Assembly (NCBI GenBank): GCA_049296775.1
Contig: JBAQTB010000002.1
Span: 1,891 to 65,890, forward strand
Direction of reading: 5' to 3'
Source: Patescibacteria group bacterium
Lineage (GTDB): Bacteria > Patescibacteriota > Patescibacteriia > UBA9934
Length of the DNA: 64,000 nucleotides
Each line of letters starts with the position of its first letter. The first letter of the stretch is position 1. Below the pieces are notes generated by a model. The model had not been told where the DNA came from and ran no database searches. It saw nothing but the letters and a program-made list of their open reading frames with translations. Below, one piece after another: positions 1-9,769 of this stretch. The position numbers and the translations under genes were made by a program.

Positions 1-718
1 GCGCTGGCACACTAGCAATGACAACATTCGCACCCAAGTCGTCCACGCTCAATTCTGTCCCTTGAAATTGCTCCTGGACTTTGATCTGAGACATGACTCG
101 CTGCTCTGTCCAACCAAATTCCAGCAGCTTATCCGCGGTAAACCCCGCAAAATATGTCGCATGTTCATCATCCGCATTGACCACGATAGTTTTAAGCACT
201 TTACGACCATCGATCATTTTATGCTGCTTAGCAGACAAGTGAGCAAATAAACGACCCTTAGCTTTTTTGTAATTCTCAAAGCCCCCGTGAGCTTCAATAT
301 GCTCAGGGGTTAGATTAGTAAACACCGCTACGTCATAATTAATTCCTAAATGTCGATGCTGCATGATCCCCTGTGACGATGTTTCCACAATCGCGTATTT
401 GCAACCCGACTTAACCATGCGTCTTAACAATGATTGCAAAGCAAATCTGCCCGGCATGGTCATTTTCATGGCGTTGACGATGTCAGTGCCAGCGACATTA
501 AAACCAGCCGTGGAGGTATAACCAACAGTCTGCCCAAGTGCAGTCAATAACTGCGCAATAAAATTGACCGTTGAGGATTTACCATTCGTACCCGTCACCC
601 CAATCACAATCATGTCGTTAGCCGGCGCCCCATACACAACCACCGCCAGCTTAGCCAGCACCAGATGATAAATCGCCAATAACGGTTCCGGCACGAATTG
701 TTTGAGTTTATGTAGCAT
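1..718 (-). CDS. Mur ligase family protein, probably UDP-MurNAc-tripeptide synthetase (MurE-like); 3' end runs off window
   Basis: Reverse-strand ORF starts at ATG (A at 718): MLHKLKQFVPE...VIGVTGTNGKSST (Mur ligase P-loop) and ...FDVAVFTNLTPEHIEAHG (MurE-like motif). Not in ORF track because it is truncated by the window edge. Confidence 0.6.
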   Translation of the reverse strand, partial: MLHKLKQFVPEPLLAIYHLVLAKLAVVVYGAPANDMIVIGVTGTNGKSSTVNFIAQLLTALGQTVGYTSTAGFNVAGTDIVNAMKMTMPGRFALQSLLRRMVKSGCKYAIVETSSQGIMQHRHLGINYDVAVFTNLTPEHIEAHGGFENYKKAKGRLFAHLSAKQHKMIDGRKVLKTIVVNADDEHATYFAGFTADKLLEFGWTEQRVMSQIKVQEQFQGTELSVDDLGANVVIASVPA

Positions 719-741
719 AAAAACGACGCGTACCGCTTAAG

Positions 742-2196
742 CTACAAATTTCTAACCTCTTCGCGGAACTGTTCGCCGCGGTCGAATTCGTTTTTGAACA
801 TGTTAAAACTGGAAGCTCCTGGGGACAAAATCACAGAATCGCCAGTTTGAGCTAAGGATCTGGATTTTTGTACCGCCTCTTTCATGGACTCCGCTGTATG
901 CAAGGTTACTTTACCTGCCAATTTTTCCCTCAGGATATCAGAAGCTGTTCCAGGGAATAAAATTACCGCCTTAGCTCCCCCAATCAAAGCCTCCGCCATG
1001 CTGTCATACGTCAACTTCTTATCAACTCCCCCAGCAATCACAATCAGATGTTCCTTATCTCCAAAACGCTTCATCGCCGCCACCACCGCTTCTGGTGCCG
1101 TAGCTGCTGTGTCATTGATAAAACTAATCTCATCCACCTCACGAATTAGCTCCTGTCTGTCAGGCACGCCCTTGAACTCCTTCAGAACCTTAGCGATATC
1201 CTCCACCGTCACACCTCGTAACATGGCCGCACACGTAGCAGAGAGTACATTCTCCAGATTATGCTCGCCGCCAAGCGCGACATCCGCCAATGGCAAGATC
1301 ATAAACTCGTCACCATCACGACGGAAAACGATCTTCCCCTCTTTCACGTAACATCCATTATGTTCCTGATAGTTTTTGGAGAACCAGAACAATTGCCCTT
1401 TAACGCGCGGCTCCATGGCCCGCACCAAATCGTGATCCTTATTCAATACTGTGAATTGATCCGGACGTTGATACTCAAAAATAATCTCTTTCGACTTCTG
1501 ATAATCTTCGTAGCTAGCGTACCTGTTCAAGTGATCAGGAAAGACGTTGGTTAACACGGCAATATCTGGGCCATGTTTAAGCTCAGTAAAGGCACCTGGC
1601 AAACTCTCCAGCATCCAAGAGGATAGCTCTAAAACAATCGGCGTAGAGGCATTATGCAAGAGTAAATCATCCAGTGATTCCAAAGGTGACACGCGAATAT
1701 TTCCGGCCGTGATCGCTTTAGCGTCCAAAGCTTTTAACATTTCGCCCAATAGCAATGTCGTCGTAGTCTTGCCCTTAGTACCCGTTACCGCACTAATTGG
1801 GTAATGGTAATAGCGGAAAAACAAACTGACATCAGACTCAATCTGCACGCCTTTAGCCTTGGCGGCTTGAATGTATTCAGATTCACTCGGCACACCCGGA
1901 TTCTGAACCACCACATCTACATTCTCAAAGTCTTCCTTACGATGTTCACCTAAAACAAAGACCGGTTGATAGATCGTCCTGTCAGGATACTGCGTACGAT
2001 AAGTGTTGTACCACTCCATCACCAAATCAACCGACTCCTTCAGTTCCGTAGTATCTTTCAAATCTGTAATCACCGTTTGTGCTCCATGACGCATTAACCA
2101 CTTAGCCGTCCCAAGGCCACTACCCTGTTTATAAATGCCCAAACCCATCACCGTCACTACCGCATCCTTAAAATTTTCGATTCTGGAGAGATCCAT
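742..2196 (-). CDS. murD: UDP-N-acetylmuramoylalanine--D-glutamate ligase
   Basis: 484 aa. N-terminal Rossmann region VMGLGIYKQGSG and Mur ligase P-loop GTKGKTTTT; overall MurD architecture. Adjacent to another Mur ligase. Confidence 0.85.
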   Translation of the reverse strand: MDLSRIENFKDAVVTVMGLGIYKQGSGLGTAKWLMRHGAQTVITDLKDTTELKESVDLVMEWYNTYRTQYPDRTIYQPVFVLGEHRKEDFENVDVVVQNPGVPSESEYIQAAKAKGVQIESDVSLFFRYYHYPISAVTGTKGKTTTTLLLGEMLKALDAKAITAGNIRVSPLESLDDLLLHNASTPIVLELSSWMLESLPGAFTELKHGPDIAVLTNVFPDHLNRYASYEDYQKSKEIIFEYQRPDQFTVLNKDHDLVRAMEPRVKGQLFWFSKNYQEHNGCYVKEGKIVFRRDGDEFMILPLADVALGGEHNLENVLSATCAAMLRGVTVEDIAKVLKEFKGVPDRQELIREVDEISFINDTAATAPEAVVAAMKRFGDKEHLIVIAGGVDKKLTYDSMAEALIGGAKAVILFPGTASDILREKLAGKVTLHTAESMKEAVQKSRSLAQTGDSVILSPGASSFNMFKNEFDRGEQFREEVRNL

Positions 2197-2236
2197 AAAG
2201 CTAAACAGAGACTGAGACTAAAGGCTGATTCACTCG

Positions 2237-4852
2237 CTATGATAGCAAAGCTAGCCGCGGCTTGCGAACATCTCGCAAAAACCAGGACTTACCCACTTCA
2301 ATCAACAAGACCTTGACCAAACAAATTGCGACCACCAAACCAACCTCAAACGGCAACAAAGTTCCAAAGCCAAAAATCTCAGCTAATGGCGGAATGAAAT
2401 ACGGTAGCAAGAGCAAAGCCAAACCAGAAGCTACAGCCACAAGCAATTGAGGATTTTTAAAGGCCGACAATTTCCACAGTGGCTGCCTGAGTGAACGCAA
2501 AGGAAAAATCGCCAACAAAGAATCAAGTCCTAGAGCCAAAAAGAGCATGGCCCGCAGACTTTCCATAGCGTAATCAGACACGTACAAACCAGCGTACAGT
2601 GCTAACAAACCGCCCACCGCCACCAAGCCTACAAAAAACATTAAGCGTCGCATGCCGCCGGTTACAATTGGCTCATTTCGCCGGCGCGGTGGTTCTGACA
2701 TAATGCCAGCCTCACCCGGCTCAAAAGCCAAGGCCACACTTGGCAAACCGTCAGTCACTAAATTAATCCACAAGAAATGCAAGGGCGCGAACGGCACGGG
2801 GTAGCCCAAAATCAAGATCACCATAATCAACACCACCTCACTCAATGAGAAGGTCAACAAGTACATCAACACCTTCCGGATATTGTCAAAGATAATCCTA
2901 CCCTCCCGAATTGCAGCCACAATTGAACCGATATTATTATCCAAAATCACCATGTCGGCAGCTTCCTTGGCTACCGCAGTCCCACTCCCCACCGCCACTC
3001 CAATATCCGCAGCACGTAAAGCTGGCGCGTCATTCACGCCGTCACCCGTCATGGCCACAGAAAAACCTAACGTCTGCAAAGACTTAACAATCCGCAGCTT
3101 CTGTTCTGGCTGAATCCGCGCAAAGACGTTAACCTGCTTGACTCTGGACGACAACTCTTCATCAGACATTTTCGCCAAGTCAGAGCCGATGACTATATTC
3201 TCGGGCCCAATAACTAAACCAAGCTCCCGCGCAATAGCCTCTGCCGTGCGTGGATGATCGCCAGTAATCATGATGACGTGCACACCAGCCTCGGCCGCTT
3301 GTTTAAGTGCAGTCTGTGCTTCTGGTCGTAACGGATCACTGAGACCAAGTAACCCCAACGGCTTCAAGTCAGTCAAATGTTCCACCGTAAATTCCGCCTG
3401 ATTGAGTGGTTTTTCTGCCAATAATAAAACTCTCAACCCTCGGGCGGTCATATTCTCAAGCGCGGCATGGTAACTCCGCAATTCCTGATCATTTAAATCA
3501 GCTAAGCCCAGCAACACATCTGGCGCCCCCATCACCACCGCTCGTTCACGCCCAGCTGACCTCACCAACTTAGCTGAAAACTTGCGCTCGGAATCAAACG
3601 GAATCTCATTCATCACCTGCATCTCTCTTGAGAATTTATCTTTACGCGCCAACAAATAGCGCATCACCGCCGTCTCAGTTAACGACCCAGTCACAAGCGG
3701 CGCTTCGCCTTTTCTCTCTTCAACCCTGGCACTGTTCACCACAAAAAAATCAGCCAACAAACTCTTAGCGGCCTCGCTAGGCCTGTCACTATCCGTTAAC
3801 ACCGTCCCGACCCTAAACTCCGTCACCGTCATTTCACCCGTAGTCACAGTACCAGTCTTATCCACGCATAAAATACTCACGCCCCCCAAAGTCTCAGCCG
3901 CTACTAATCTATGGACCAAAGCCTTGCGCTTAAGCATGCGGCGCATGCCAACTGTCAAAATTACCGTTACACTCACAATCAAACCCTCTGGCACCGCTGC
4001 CACCGCCAAGGCCGCAGAAGTCGACAACATCTCCACCAGAGACATACCCCGGAAAACACCTAACAAAAATACGCCAATCGCCGCTGCCAATAAAATCCCC
4101 ACCAAAGCCCGTGACAGTCGCAATAATTCCACCTGGAGCGGCGTTCTGTCATCTGTAGCAGCCACTACCATGTCCGTCACCTTACCAAACTCCGTCGTCT
4201 TACCCGTCTCCGTCACCACCACCTCAGCCCGGCCCGCCGTGACAATGGTGCCAGCATACACACAAGATGCTCTGTCTGCGACCACCGCATCAGTCTCAAC
4301 CGCCTGCACCGACTTTTCCACTTCTGATGACTCTCCCGTCAACGCCGCCTCACTGGTAGCCAAATTAAACGCTTTCAAAAGTCTACCGTCAGCCGTAACT
4401 TTGGAACCAGCCTCTAATAACAAAATATCACCCTTCACTATCTCCTCGGCATCAATACTCAACACTTTGCCGTTACGTCTAACCATGGCCGTGGTCGGCA
4501 AAAATGTTTTCAGAGCTCTTAACGCCCTGTCAGCCCGATACTCCTGAATAAATCCCATTAAAACATTAATCGCAATCACGCCAAGGGTTAAAATCGAATC
4601 CGCATATTTGCCAAGAACCAAGCTCAACGTGACCGCGATCACCAAAATCAACATGAGGGGACTCTCAAGCTGACGCAAGAAGATCTTGAGGACTGAAGTT
4701 GGCTTTTCCTTATGCAGGCGATTATAACCAGACTCCTTCAGACGCCGTTTGGCCTCTTCCGTCCCTAACCCAGTCTGTGAACTTTCCAACGCCAAAAGCA
4801 CATCCTGAGCAGGCATGTGGTGCCACGGCAATAAATCTGACATATCGCTCAC
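2237..4852 (-). CDS. P-type cation-transporting ATPase (P2-type, Ca2+/Mg2+-like)
   Basis: 871 aa. DKTGTVT phosphorylation motif, MITGDHPRTA and TGDGVNDAPAL hinge motifs. Cation_ATPase N-terminal region and about 10 TM segments. Confidence 0.85.
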   Translation of the reverse strand: MSDMSDLLPWHHMPAQDVLLALESSQTGLGTEEAKRRLKESGYNRLHKEKPTSVLKIFLRQLESPLMLILVIAVTLSLVLGKYADSILTLGVIAINVLMGFIQEYRADRALRALKTFLPTTAMVRRNGKVLSIDAEEIVKGDILLLEAGSKVTADGRLLKAFNLATSEAALTGESSEVEKSVQAVETDAVVADRASCVYAGTIVTAGRAEVVVTETGKTTEFGKVTDMVVAATDDRTPLQVELLRLSRALVGILLAAAIGVFLLGVFRGMSLVEMLSTSAALAVAAVPEGLIVSVTVILTVGMRRMLKRKALVHRLVAAETLGGVSILCVDKTGTVTTGEMTVTEFRVGTVLTDSDRPSEAAKSLLADFFVVNSARVEERKGEAPLVTGSLTETAVMRYLLARKDKFSREMQVMNEIPFDSERKFSAKLVRSAGRERAVVMGAPDVLLGLADLNDQELRSYHAALENMTARGLRVLLLAEKPLNQAEFTVEHLTDLKPLGLLGLSDPLRPEAQTALKQAAEAGVHVIMITGDHPRTAEAIARELGLVIGPENIVIGSDLAKMSDEELSSRVKQVNVFARIQPEQKLRIVKSLQTLGFSVAMTGDGVNDAPALRAADIGVAVGSGTAVAKEAADMVILDNNIGSIVAAIREGRIIFDNIRKVLMYLLTFSLSEVVLIMVILILGYPVPFAPLHFLWINLVTDGLPSVALAFEPGEAGIMSEPPRRRNEPIVTGGMRRLMFFVGLVAVGGLLALYAGLYVSDYAMESLRAMLFLALGLDSLLAIFPLRSLRQPLWKLSAFKNPQLLVAVASGLALLLLPYFIPPLAEIFGFGTLLPFEVGLVVAICLVKVLLIEVGKSWFLRDVRKPRLALLS

Positions 4853-4937
4853 ATTTTACACTAGCTAGTGGCCTCTTCACAAAATCAGTCTTTTCTGCTA
4901 TCCTGCGGCTAATTCTTCTCATGGATGAATTTCCCAT

Positions 4938-5012
4938 GCGCTGGTAGCTCAGTGGTAGAGCGAGGGCCTTTTAAGCCCGCGGTCGCGGGTTCGAACCCCG
5001 CCCGGCGCACCA
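4938..5012 (+). tRNA. tRNA-Lys (anticodon UUU), CCA encoded
   Basis: GCGCTGG acceptor stem, D-arm AGCTCAGTGGTAGAGC, anticodon stem-loop GGGCC-tTTTTAa-GCCC (TTT), T-arm GGTTCGAACCC, 3' GGCGCACCA. Cloverleaf folded by eye. Confidence 0.8.
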
Positions 5013-5013
5013 A

Positions 5014-5042
5014 AATACCCCGATTTCGATCGGGGTATTTTA
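5014..5042 (+). terminator. Rho-independent terminator after tRNA-Lys
   Basis: ATACCCCGAT-ttcg-ATCGGGGTAT perfect 10-bp stem followed by TTTT. Confidence 0.55.
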
Positions 5043-5056
5043 ATTCTAGCCATAAA

Positions 5057-5395
5057 CTACATTAAAATAATCCCAATCGCGACCACGCCGTATTTAGCAA
5101 TCTCTGACTCCGAATAAAAGCTCAATAAATGTTCGGAAAAATCGGCATAAGTAGTCTCTGGTAAATCCGCGGCCTTGGCAGCATAAGCTGTTGGCAAATC
5201 CGCATACACGTCCAGACTGGTGATTTCAACAATCACACTCGTATCCAGCTCTGGTAATTTGGCCAACTCAATCCGCTCCCCCACCTGAAAAGCCTTACGC
5301 TTCTCATCAAATAGTCTAAATTCCAAGCGCTTCTTGCCGGCTTTGACGAGCTCGAAATTCTCGGGCGTGAGCTTCATTCTATGACGAACAGGCAT
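5057..5395 (-). CDS. ASCH (PUA-like) domain protein
   Basis: 112 aa; MKLTPENFELVKAGKKRLEFRLFDEKRKAFQVGERIEL resembles the ASCH domain consensus. Confidence 0.55.
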   Translation of the reverse strand: MPVRHRMKLTPENFELVKAGKKRLEFRLFDEKRKAFQVGERIELAKLPELDTSVIVEITSLDVYADLPTAYAAKAADLPETTYADFSEHLLSFYSESEIAKYGVVAIGIILM

Positions 5396-5456
5396 AAATA
5401 TAGCGCTAAGAATGAATTTAGACCTTCCCCTTCACAGCGTAGCACAACTCCTCAGA

Positions 5457-6101
5457 TTAAACTCCATTAGCCGCACACACTGCTACCAGCTCATCGGCCT
5501 GCAAAACATAAGCTGCCCCGTCCGCAAGTTTCAACAGATCACTGTCCGGCTCAAAGTCAAAGTCGCCAGCCCGCAATCCATAAGACAAGATCTTACCCGT
5601 TTCCGCATTGATCACCGCCAAACCCACACAACCCTGTCCGCAGCCCCAAGTCGAGGCCAAGTATCGCCCGCCAAAATTAACACCCCTCGCCGCGTCCTTA
5701 GTGATCGCCGTGCGGTAATGCCTAGCGGCTATGTCAGTATCAAAATCGACCTTAACCCGCCCGGTATAGCTCTCCGCACTCAAATAATCCTCAAAGGCCA
5801 ACTCCTCGGAACACTCTAACGGAGCCGCTATCTCCGGCCGCTCATCTACCACCGCTAGCTCATCAATCAAACCCACCTGCGGCAAAAATTCATCCTGAGC
5901 CAGGCTATAGACTAAACGCTGGCCTGTCGCCAACAAACACGTGGCGGCCTGGCTTTGGTACACCCACTCTCCGCCAATCTCCTCACACCGCTCGGGTAAT
6001 GACAGCTCTGGCGCGGCCGGCTCCTGAATTTGCAGATAGCCTAAAATCAACAACCCCAGTCCAGCTCCTATCAAAATCATCCATCCGGACTTAAGTGGCA
6101 T
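5457..6101 (-). CDS. Hypothetical membrane-anchored/secreted protein
   Basis: 214 aa; N-terminal hydrophobic segment ILIGAGLGLLILGYL. Contains a GCGQGC motif. No recognisable domain. Confidence 0.4.
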   Translation of the reverse strand: MPLKSGWMILIGAGLGLLILGYLQIQEPAAPELSLPERCEEIGGEWVYQSQAATCLLATGQRLVYSLAQDEFLPQVGLIDELAVVDERPEIAAPLECSEELAFEDYLSAESYTGRVKVDFDTDIAARHYRTAITKDAARGVNFGGRYLASTWGCGQGCVGLAVINAETGKILSYGLRAGDFDFEPDSDLLKLADGAAYVLQADELVAVCAANGV

Positions 6102-6111
6102 ACTTACATAT

Positions 6112-7194
6112 TTAGGACTTAACTTCCGGGGTCAGCAAAGCCACGCAGCCATGCACAATCCGTTCATCCGCATTCAGCGCAAAAATACCCCGAATATTGT
6201 GTGACAATTCTAACTGTCTGGGTTTATCCTGCAATAATTTAACGATCGCCTGAAGTAAAGTCTGCGGCGTCAAAAATCCAACCAACTCCGCTGCCTGACG
6301 TTCCACCACTGCCCTAGCGTTAGCTTCCTGATGCGAATCCAGGATCGGTAGCAAAATCGTCGGCTTACCAAGCGCAGCTAACTCAGCAATGGTGCCCATG
6401 CCCGCCCTGGCCACCACCACATCTGCCACGGCATAAGCGTCCGCCATGCCTTCATGTAAAAATTCTACCGCCACGTAATTAGCATCCAGCTCAGTCAGAG
6501 CGCCGAGCAGCTTACCTCTCCCAGTCAAATGCAACACGTTCGCCGTACGCACCAGCTCAGGTGCAATGGTCAGCATCAAACTATTGACGCTGGCCGCACC
6601 TGTACCGCCGCCCATCACAAGTACCGTGGGTTTGTCTGCGGCAAAACCGTAACGCTCACGCGCGATCTGTTGATCGCCAGCTTTAACAAACTTTCTCGCC
6701 ATCGCCCCGACTACCTCCGTCTTATTGGCCGGAAAGCTACTCAAAGACTCCGTCCACGTGACGCTTATTTTAGTTGCGACCCTGGCCATTAATCGATTAG
6801 CCAAACCAGGAATCACGTCTAACTGATGAACCCAAACCGGAATGCCCTTTACGCGCGCCATCCAAGCCACCGGCACGCTGACATAAGCTCCAGCCGACAT
6901 GACAATGTCTGGCTGCAATTTATTCAACATCCTGTAGGCCTGAAAACAACTAATCACCAACAGTAACGGTACCAGCGGTACCGTCCACCATCGCGTTCGG
7001 TCTAACTTAGGCGCTACGATTGACTCAAAATTAATCTTAGCCCCTTCCACTAACACCCGTTCCGGTCCAGTCTGAGTGCCAATCCAAGACACTTTGACAT
7101 CAGGATCTCGCTTACGCCACTCCGTCACAACCGCAAGCAAAGGAGTCACCGGACCCAATGTGCCACCGCCTGTCATTAAAACATGATGAGCCAT
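6112..7194 (-). CDS. murG: Undecaprenyldiphospho-muramoylpentapeptide beta-N-acetylglucosaminyltransferase
   Basis: MAHHVLMTGGGTLGPVTP (GGTGGH-type N-terminal motif); GT28 N- and C-terminal domains; located in the dcw cluster. The ORF-track start at 7230 is probably too far upstream, so the internal Met at 7194 was chosen. Confidence 0.85.
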   Translation of the reverse strand: MAHHVLMTGGGTLGPVTPLLAVVTEWRKRDPDVKVSWIGTQTGPERVLVEGAKINFESIVAPKLDRTRWWTVPLVPLLLVISCFQAYRMLNKLQPDIVMSAGAYVSVPVAWMARVKGIPVWVHQLDVIPGLANRLMARVATKISVTWTESLSSFPANKTEVVGAMARKFVKAGDQQIARERYGFAADKPTVLVMGGGTGAASVNSLMLTIAPELVRTANVLHLTGRGKLLGALTELDANYVAVEFLHEGMADAYAVADVVVARAGMGTIAELAALGKPTILLPILDSHQEANARAVVERQAAELVGFLTPQTLLQAIVKLLQDKPRQLELSHNIRGIFALNADERIVHGCVALLTPEVKS

Positions 7195-7201
7195 AACCAG
7201 A

Positions 7202-8314
7202 TCAACCTTTATGCTTTTCACCTGAGACATTTAACACTATACCAGCTGCGGTAAGCGAAATAGCCAAAGCCGTACCGCCATAACTAATAAACGGTAACGG
7301 CACACCAGTGATCGGCATTAGGCCAACCATAGCACCGATATTTACAAACGCTTGAATCCCAAACCAAGCCATAATGCCAATCACTAGATAGCGACCAAAA
7401 TCATCCGGTGCGCGCTCTGCAATCTTCAACCCTCTAAACAAGAACATCACATAAAACACCAAAAAACCACACATCAACACAAATCCCAACTCTTCCGACA
7501 TCACCGCAAAAATCGAATCGCCTACCACCTCGGGTAAGTATTGAAATTTCTGCAAACTATGCCCGTAACCCCGACCGAACATGCCACCTGAACCAATCGC
7601 TAATAACGCCTGATTAATGTGATAACCAATACCGAGCGGATCTAGCTCCGGATGCATGAAGGTCAAGATACGTGCCGCCCGGTATTCAGAAAATTTTAAC
7701 AATAACGCCAAGCCACCGGCCCCCAACAGACCCAAACCAACCAAGTGATAAATTGGAGCACCTGCCACAAAATACACCGTAAACGCCGTTAACACGATAA
7801 TACCAAGCGTCCCCGTATCAGGCTGTAAAATCAGTAATAATCCCAGCACTCCAAGCACTGTTAAAAACGGTAACAAACCTTCAGAGACCGAACGGAGCTC
7901 ATGCTTAGTGCGCCCGTCTAACCAGGCTGCTAAATAAATCAGAAAGGCTAGCTTAGCGAGCTCAGACGGCTGAAAAGAAAATCCGCCAACCGCAATCCAG
8001 CTATGAGATGTGCCAAACTCCGCGCCAATGCCAGGTATAAACACTAAAATTAACAGAAGAATAGACAAGCCCAACAAATGGGGAGCAAAGCGCCTCAAGT
8101 TATCGTAAGAAACGCGCATCGTGAATACACAGCCGATCACGCCTGGCAAAACTCCAAAAATCAACTGATGCTTCAAAAAATAATAGCCATCATCAAAACG
8201 ATCATAACCAAGCGGCCAAGAGGCTGAGGCTAACATAATCAAACCCGTCACCGTTACACCAAATAACAGGGCCAAAAATGTTCTATCCATGTGCCATCCC
8301 CCAGGCTCAGACAT
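7202..8314 (-). CDS. ftsW: SEDS-family peptidoglycan glycosyltransferase FtsW/RodA
   Basis: 370 aa polytopic membrane protein; GFSFQPSELAKLAFLIYLAAWL and C-terminal PLPFISYGGTA motifs typical of FtsW/RodA; sits between mraY and murG. Confidence 0.8.
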   Translation of the reverse strand: MSEPGGWHMDRTFLALLFGVTVTGLIMLASASWPLGYDRFDDGYYFLKHQLIFGVLPGVIGCVFTMRVSYDNLRRFAPHLLGLSILLLILVFIPGIGAEFGTSHSWIAVGGFSFQPSELAKLAFLIYLAAWLDGRTKHELRSVSEGLLPFLTVLGVLGLLLILQPDTGTLGIIVLTAFTVYFVAGAPIYHLVGLGLLGAGGLALLLKFSEYRAARILTFMHPELDPLGIGYHINQALLAIGSGGMFGRGYGHSLQKFQYLPEVVGDSIFAVMSEELGFVLMCGFLVFYVMFLFRGLKIAERAPDDFGRYLVIGIMAWFGIQAFVNIGAMVGLMPITGVPLPFISYGGTALAISLTAAGIVLNVSGEKHKG

Positions 8315-8316
8315 AT

Positions 8317-9393
8317 TTACCCAAGTTTAGCTACATCCAACAACGCTACGATCAAACCCACACCCGCTCCAATCCAAGACAAGACCCAAAAGCGCATCAC
8401 TACTTTTGGCTCCGGCCAACCCTTAGCTTCAAAGTGGTGGTGAACCGGAGCAATGAGGAACAGCTTGCGTTTAAATAATTTCTTAGAGCCAATCTGTAAA
8501 AAGGTTGTCACGGTTTCAAGGACAAACACGCAGCCAATGATCGGCAATAATAAAGCGGAATTAGTCAGCAGCGCCACCACCCCTAGCGTTACCCCCATAC
8601 TCATCGCCCCCGTATCTCCCATGATAAATCTAGCCGGATAAATATTAAACCACAAAAAGGCTAATAAACTTCCGACGATCACCGCACACAAGGCCGCTAA
8701 ATCATACCTACCCTGTACCAAAGAGATAATCGCATAAGCAGAAAAGGCTGAGGCTAAGGTGCCGCCTGCCAAACCGTCTAAACCGTCTGTTTGATTGACT
8801 GAAAAAGCCGTCGCTACAATCACCACAATGAAAAATGGCACGTACCACCAGCCAATCGAAATGTCTCCGTACAGGGGAATATGCAGACTATCCCAACCTA
8901 ACTTAACGTAAAACCACCAAGCACCCACGGCCGCAATCAAAGCGTACAGCACTAATCTATGACGAATATCTATACCACCCCCGTGTGTCCCGAGCTTACG
9001 AATATTCATGAAATCATCCGCCATACCCACCAAACCAGCCGCCACCAAAGCCGCCAGCGGCAACCAAGTTTGTGCTCTAGATAAAAAATTCAACTCGCCC
9101 GGCAAGGAATCAGGCGCTAACCAGGCCATCAGCGCAAAAAACAAAGTAATCACTAAGGTTGTTACCCACATCAATAACCCACCAAGCGTGGGCACGCCCG
9201 CTTTCTTTTTGTGCAATTCAGCGAACATAGGTGCCGTCACCGCACTCCGAATGGACTTACCTAACTTAAATTTATACAAAAAGTAGGTCAGCACTGGCGT
9301 CCAAGCAAAAGCCACCAAAAATGCCATGGTCGATAAAATCAAAATCTTGATCATGACAAAGCTATCAAGCATACTGCAGGGATAAGTAAACAA
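8317..9393 (-). CDS. mraY: Phospho-N-acetylmuramoyl-pentapeptide transferase
   Basis: 358 aa; MADDFMNIRK, NIYPARFIMGDTGAMSMG, and HHHFE motifs of MraY. The start codon is ambiguous (several Met residues near the N-terminus). Confidence 0.85.
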   Translation of the reverse strand: MFTYPCSMLDSFVMIKILILSTMAFLVAFAWTPVLTYFLYKFKLGKSIRSAVTAPMFAELHKKKAGVPTLGGLLMWVTTLVITLFFALMAWLAPDSLPGELNFLSRAQTWLPLAALVAAGLVGMADDFMNIRKLGTHGGGIDIRHRLVLYALIAAVGAWWFYVKLGWDSLHIPLYGDISIGWWYVPFFIVVIVATAFSVNQTDGLDGLAGGTLASAFSAYAIISLVQGRYDLAALCAVIVGSLLAFLWFNIYPARFIMGDTGAMSMGVTLGVVALLTNSALLLPIIGCVFVLETVTTFLQIGSKKLFKRKLFLIAPVHHHFEAKGWPEPKVVMRFWVLSWIGAGVGLIVALLDVAKLG

Positions 9394-9769
9394 TAAACAC
9401 CGTCGCCGCCAGCAATAAGTACTGCATCACCACCGTCGCAAAGACCACCACGTGAGAAATCGCCTGGTCACGTGTCCACATGAATCTGGCTAGAAATAGA
9501 TTCGCTACCAACACCATGAGACCAATCGCCGGCGCCGTAAAGATCTTCCACCATGGACCCACCGCATCTACCCCCACGTGAATGTTGTAGTGCAACGGAA
9601 TGGCCGTTTTGCCGTAAACGATTGGTAAAACCCTCACAATTAACAAGGCCAACATCGCGAGCCATGCCAGCACCGCTAACAAAGTCGCAATTTTAAAATC
9701 GCGCAGCTTGTACATCTCCCTAAACGGAGCTGATTTTTTAACCGGTACGGCCATGTAATTACACTGCAA
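9365..9769 (-). CDS. Hypothetical small membrane protein
   Basis: 134 aa, 3-4 predicted TM helices; no recognisable domain. Overlaps the mraY start. Confidence 0.4.
   Translation of the reverse strand: MQCNYMAVPVKKSAPFREMYKLRDFKIATLLAVLAWLAMLALLIVRVLPIVYGKTAIPLHYNIHVGVDAVGPWWKIFTAPAIGLMVLVANLFLARFMWTRDQAISHVVVFATVVMQYLLLAATVFIVYLSLQYA

Noticed and set aside
884-1804. Plus-strand ORFs (155, 97, 85 aa) inside murD
   Set aside because: They are antisense to a well-supported Mur ligase CDS with clear motifs; there is no RBS or homology signal. They are typical frame-shadow ORFs.
2262-4947. Plus-strand ORFs (62-207 aa) antisense to the P-type ATPase
   Set aside because: They are Ser/Thr/Ala-rich translations typical of antisense frames of a GC-skewed membrane-protein gene; the ATPase motifs on the minus strand explain the region.
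2237-5042. tRNA-Lys plus P-type ATPase as an integrated mobile element
   Set aside because: No integrase, recombinase, transposase or flanking direct repeat of the tRNA 3' end is visible. It is kept only as a synteny observation (see findings), not called as a mobile element.
5412-5819. 135-aa plus-strand ORF between the ASCH gene and murG
   Set aside because: It almost completely overlaps the minus-strand 214-aa gene, which has a signal/TM segment and sits in operon register with murG. The plus-strand translation is Arg/Leu-rich low complexity.
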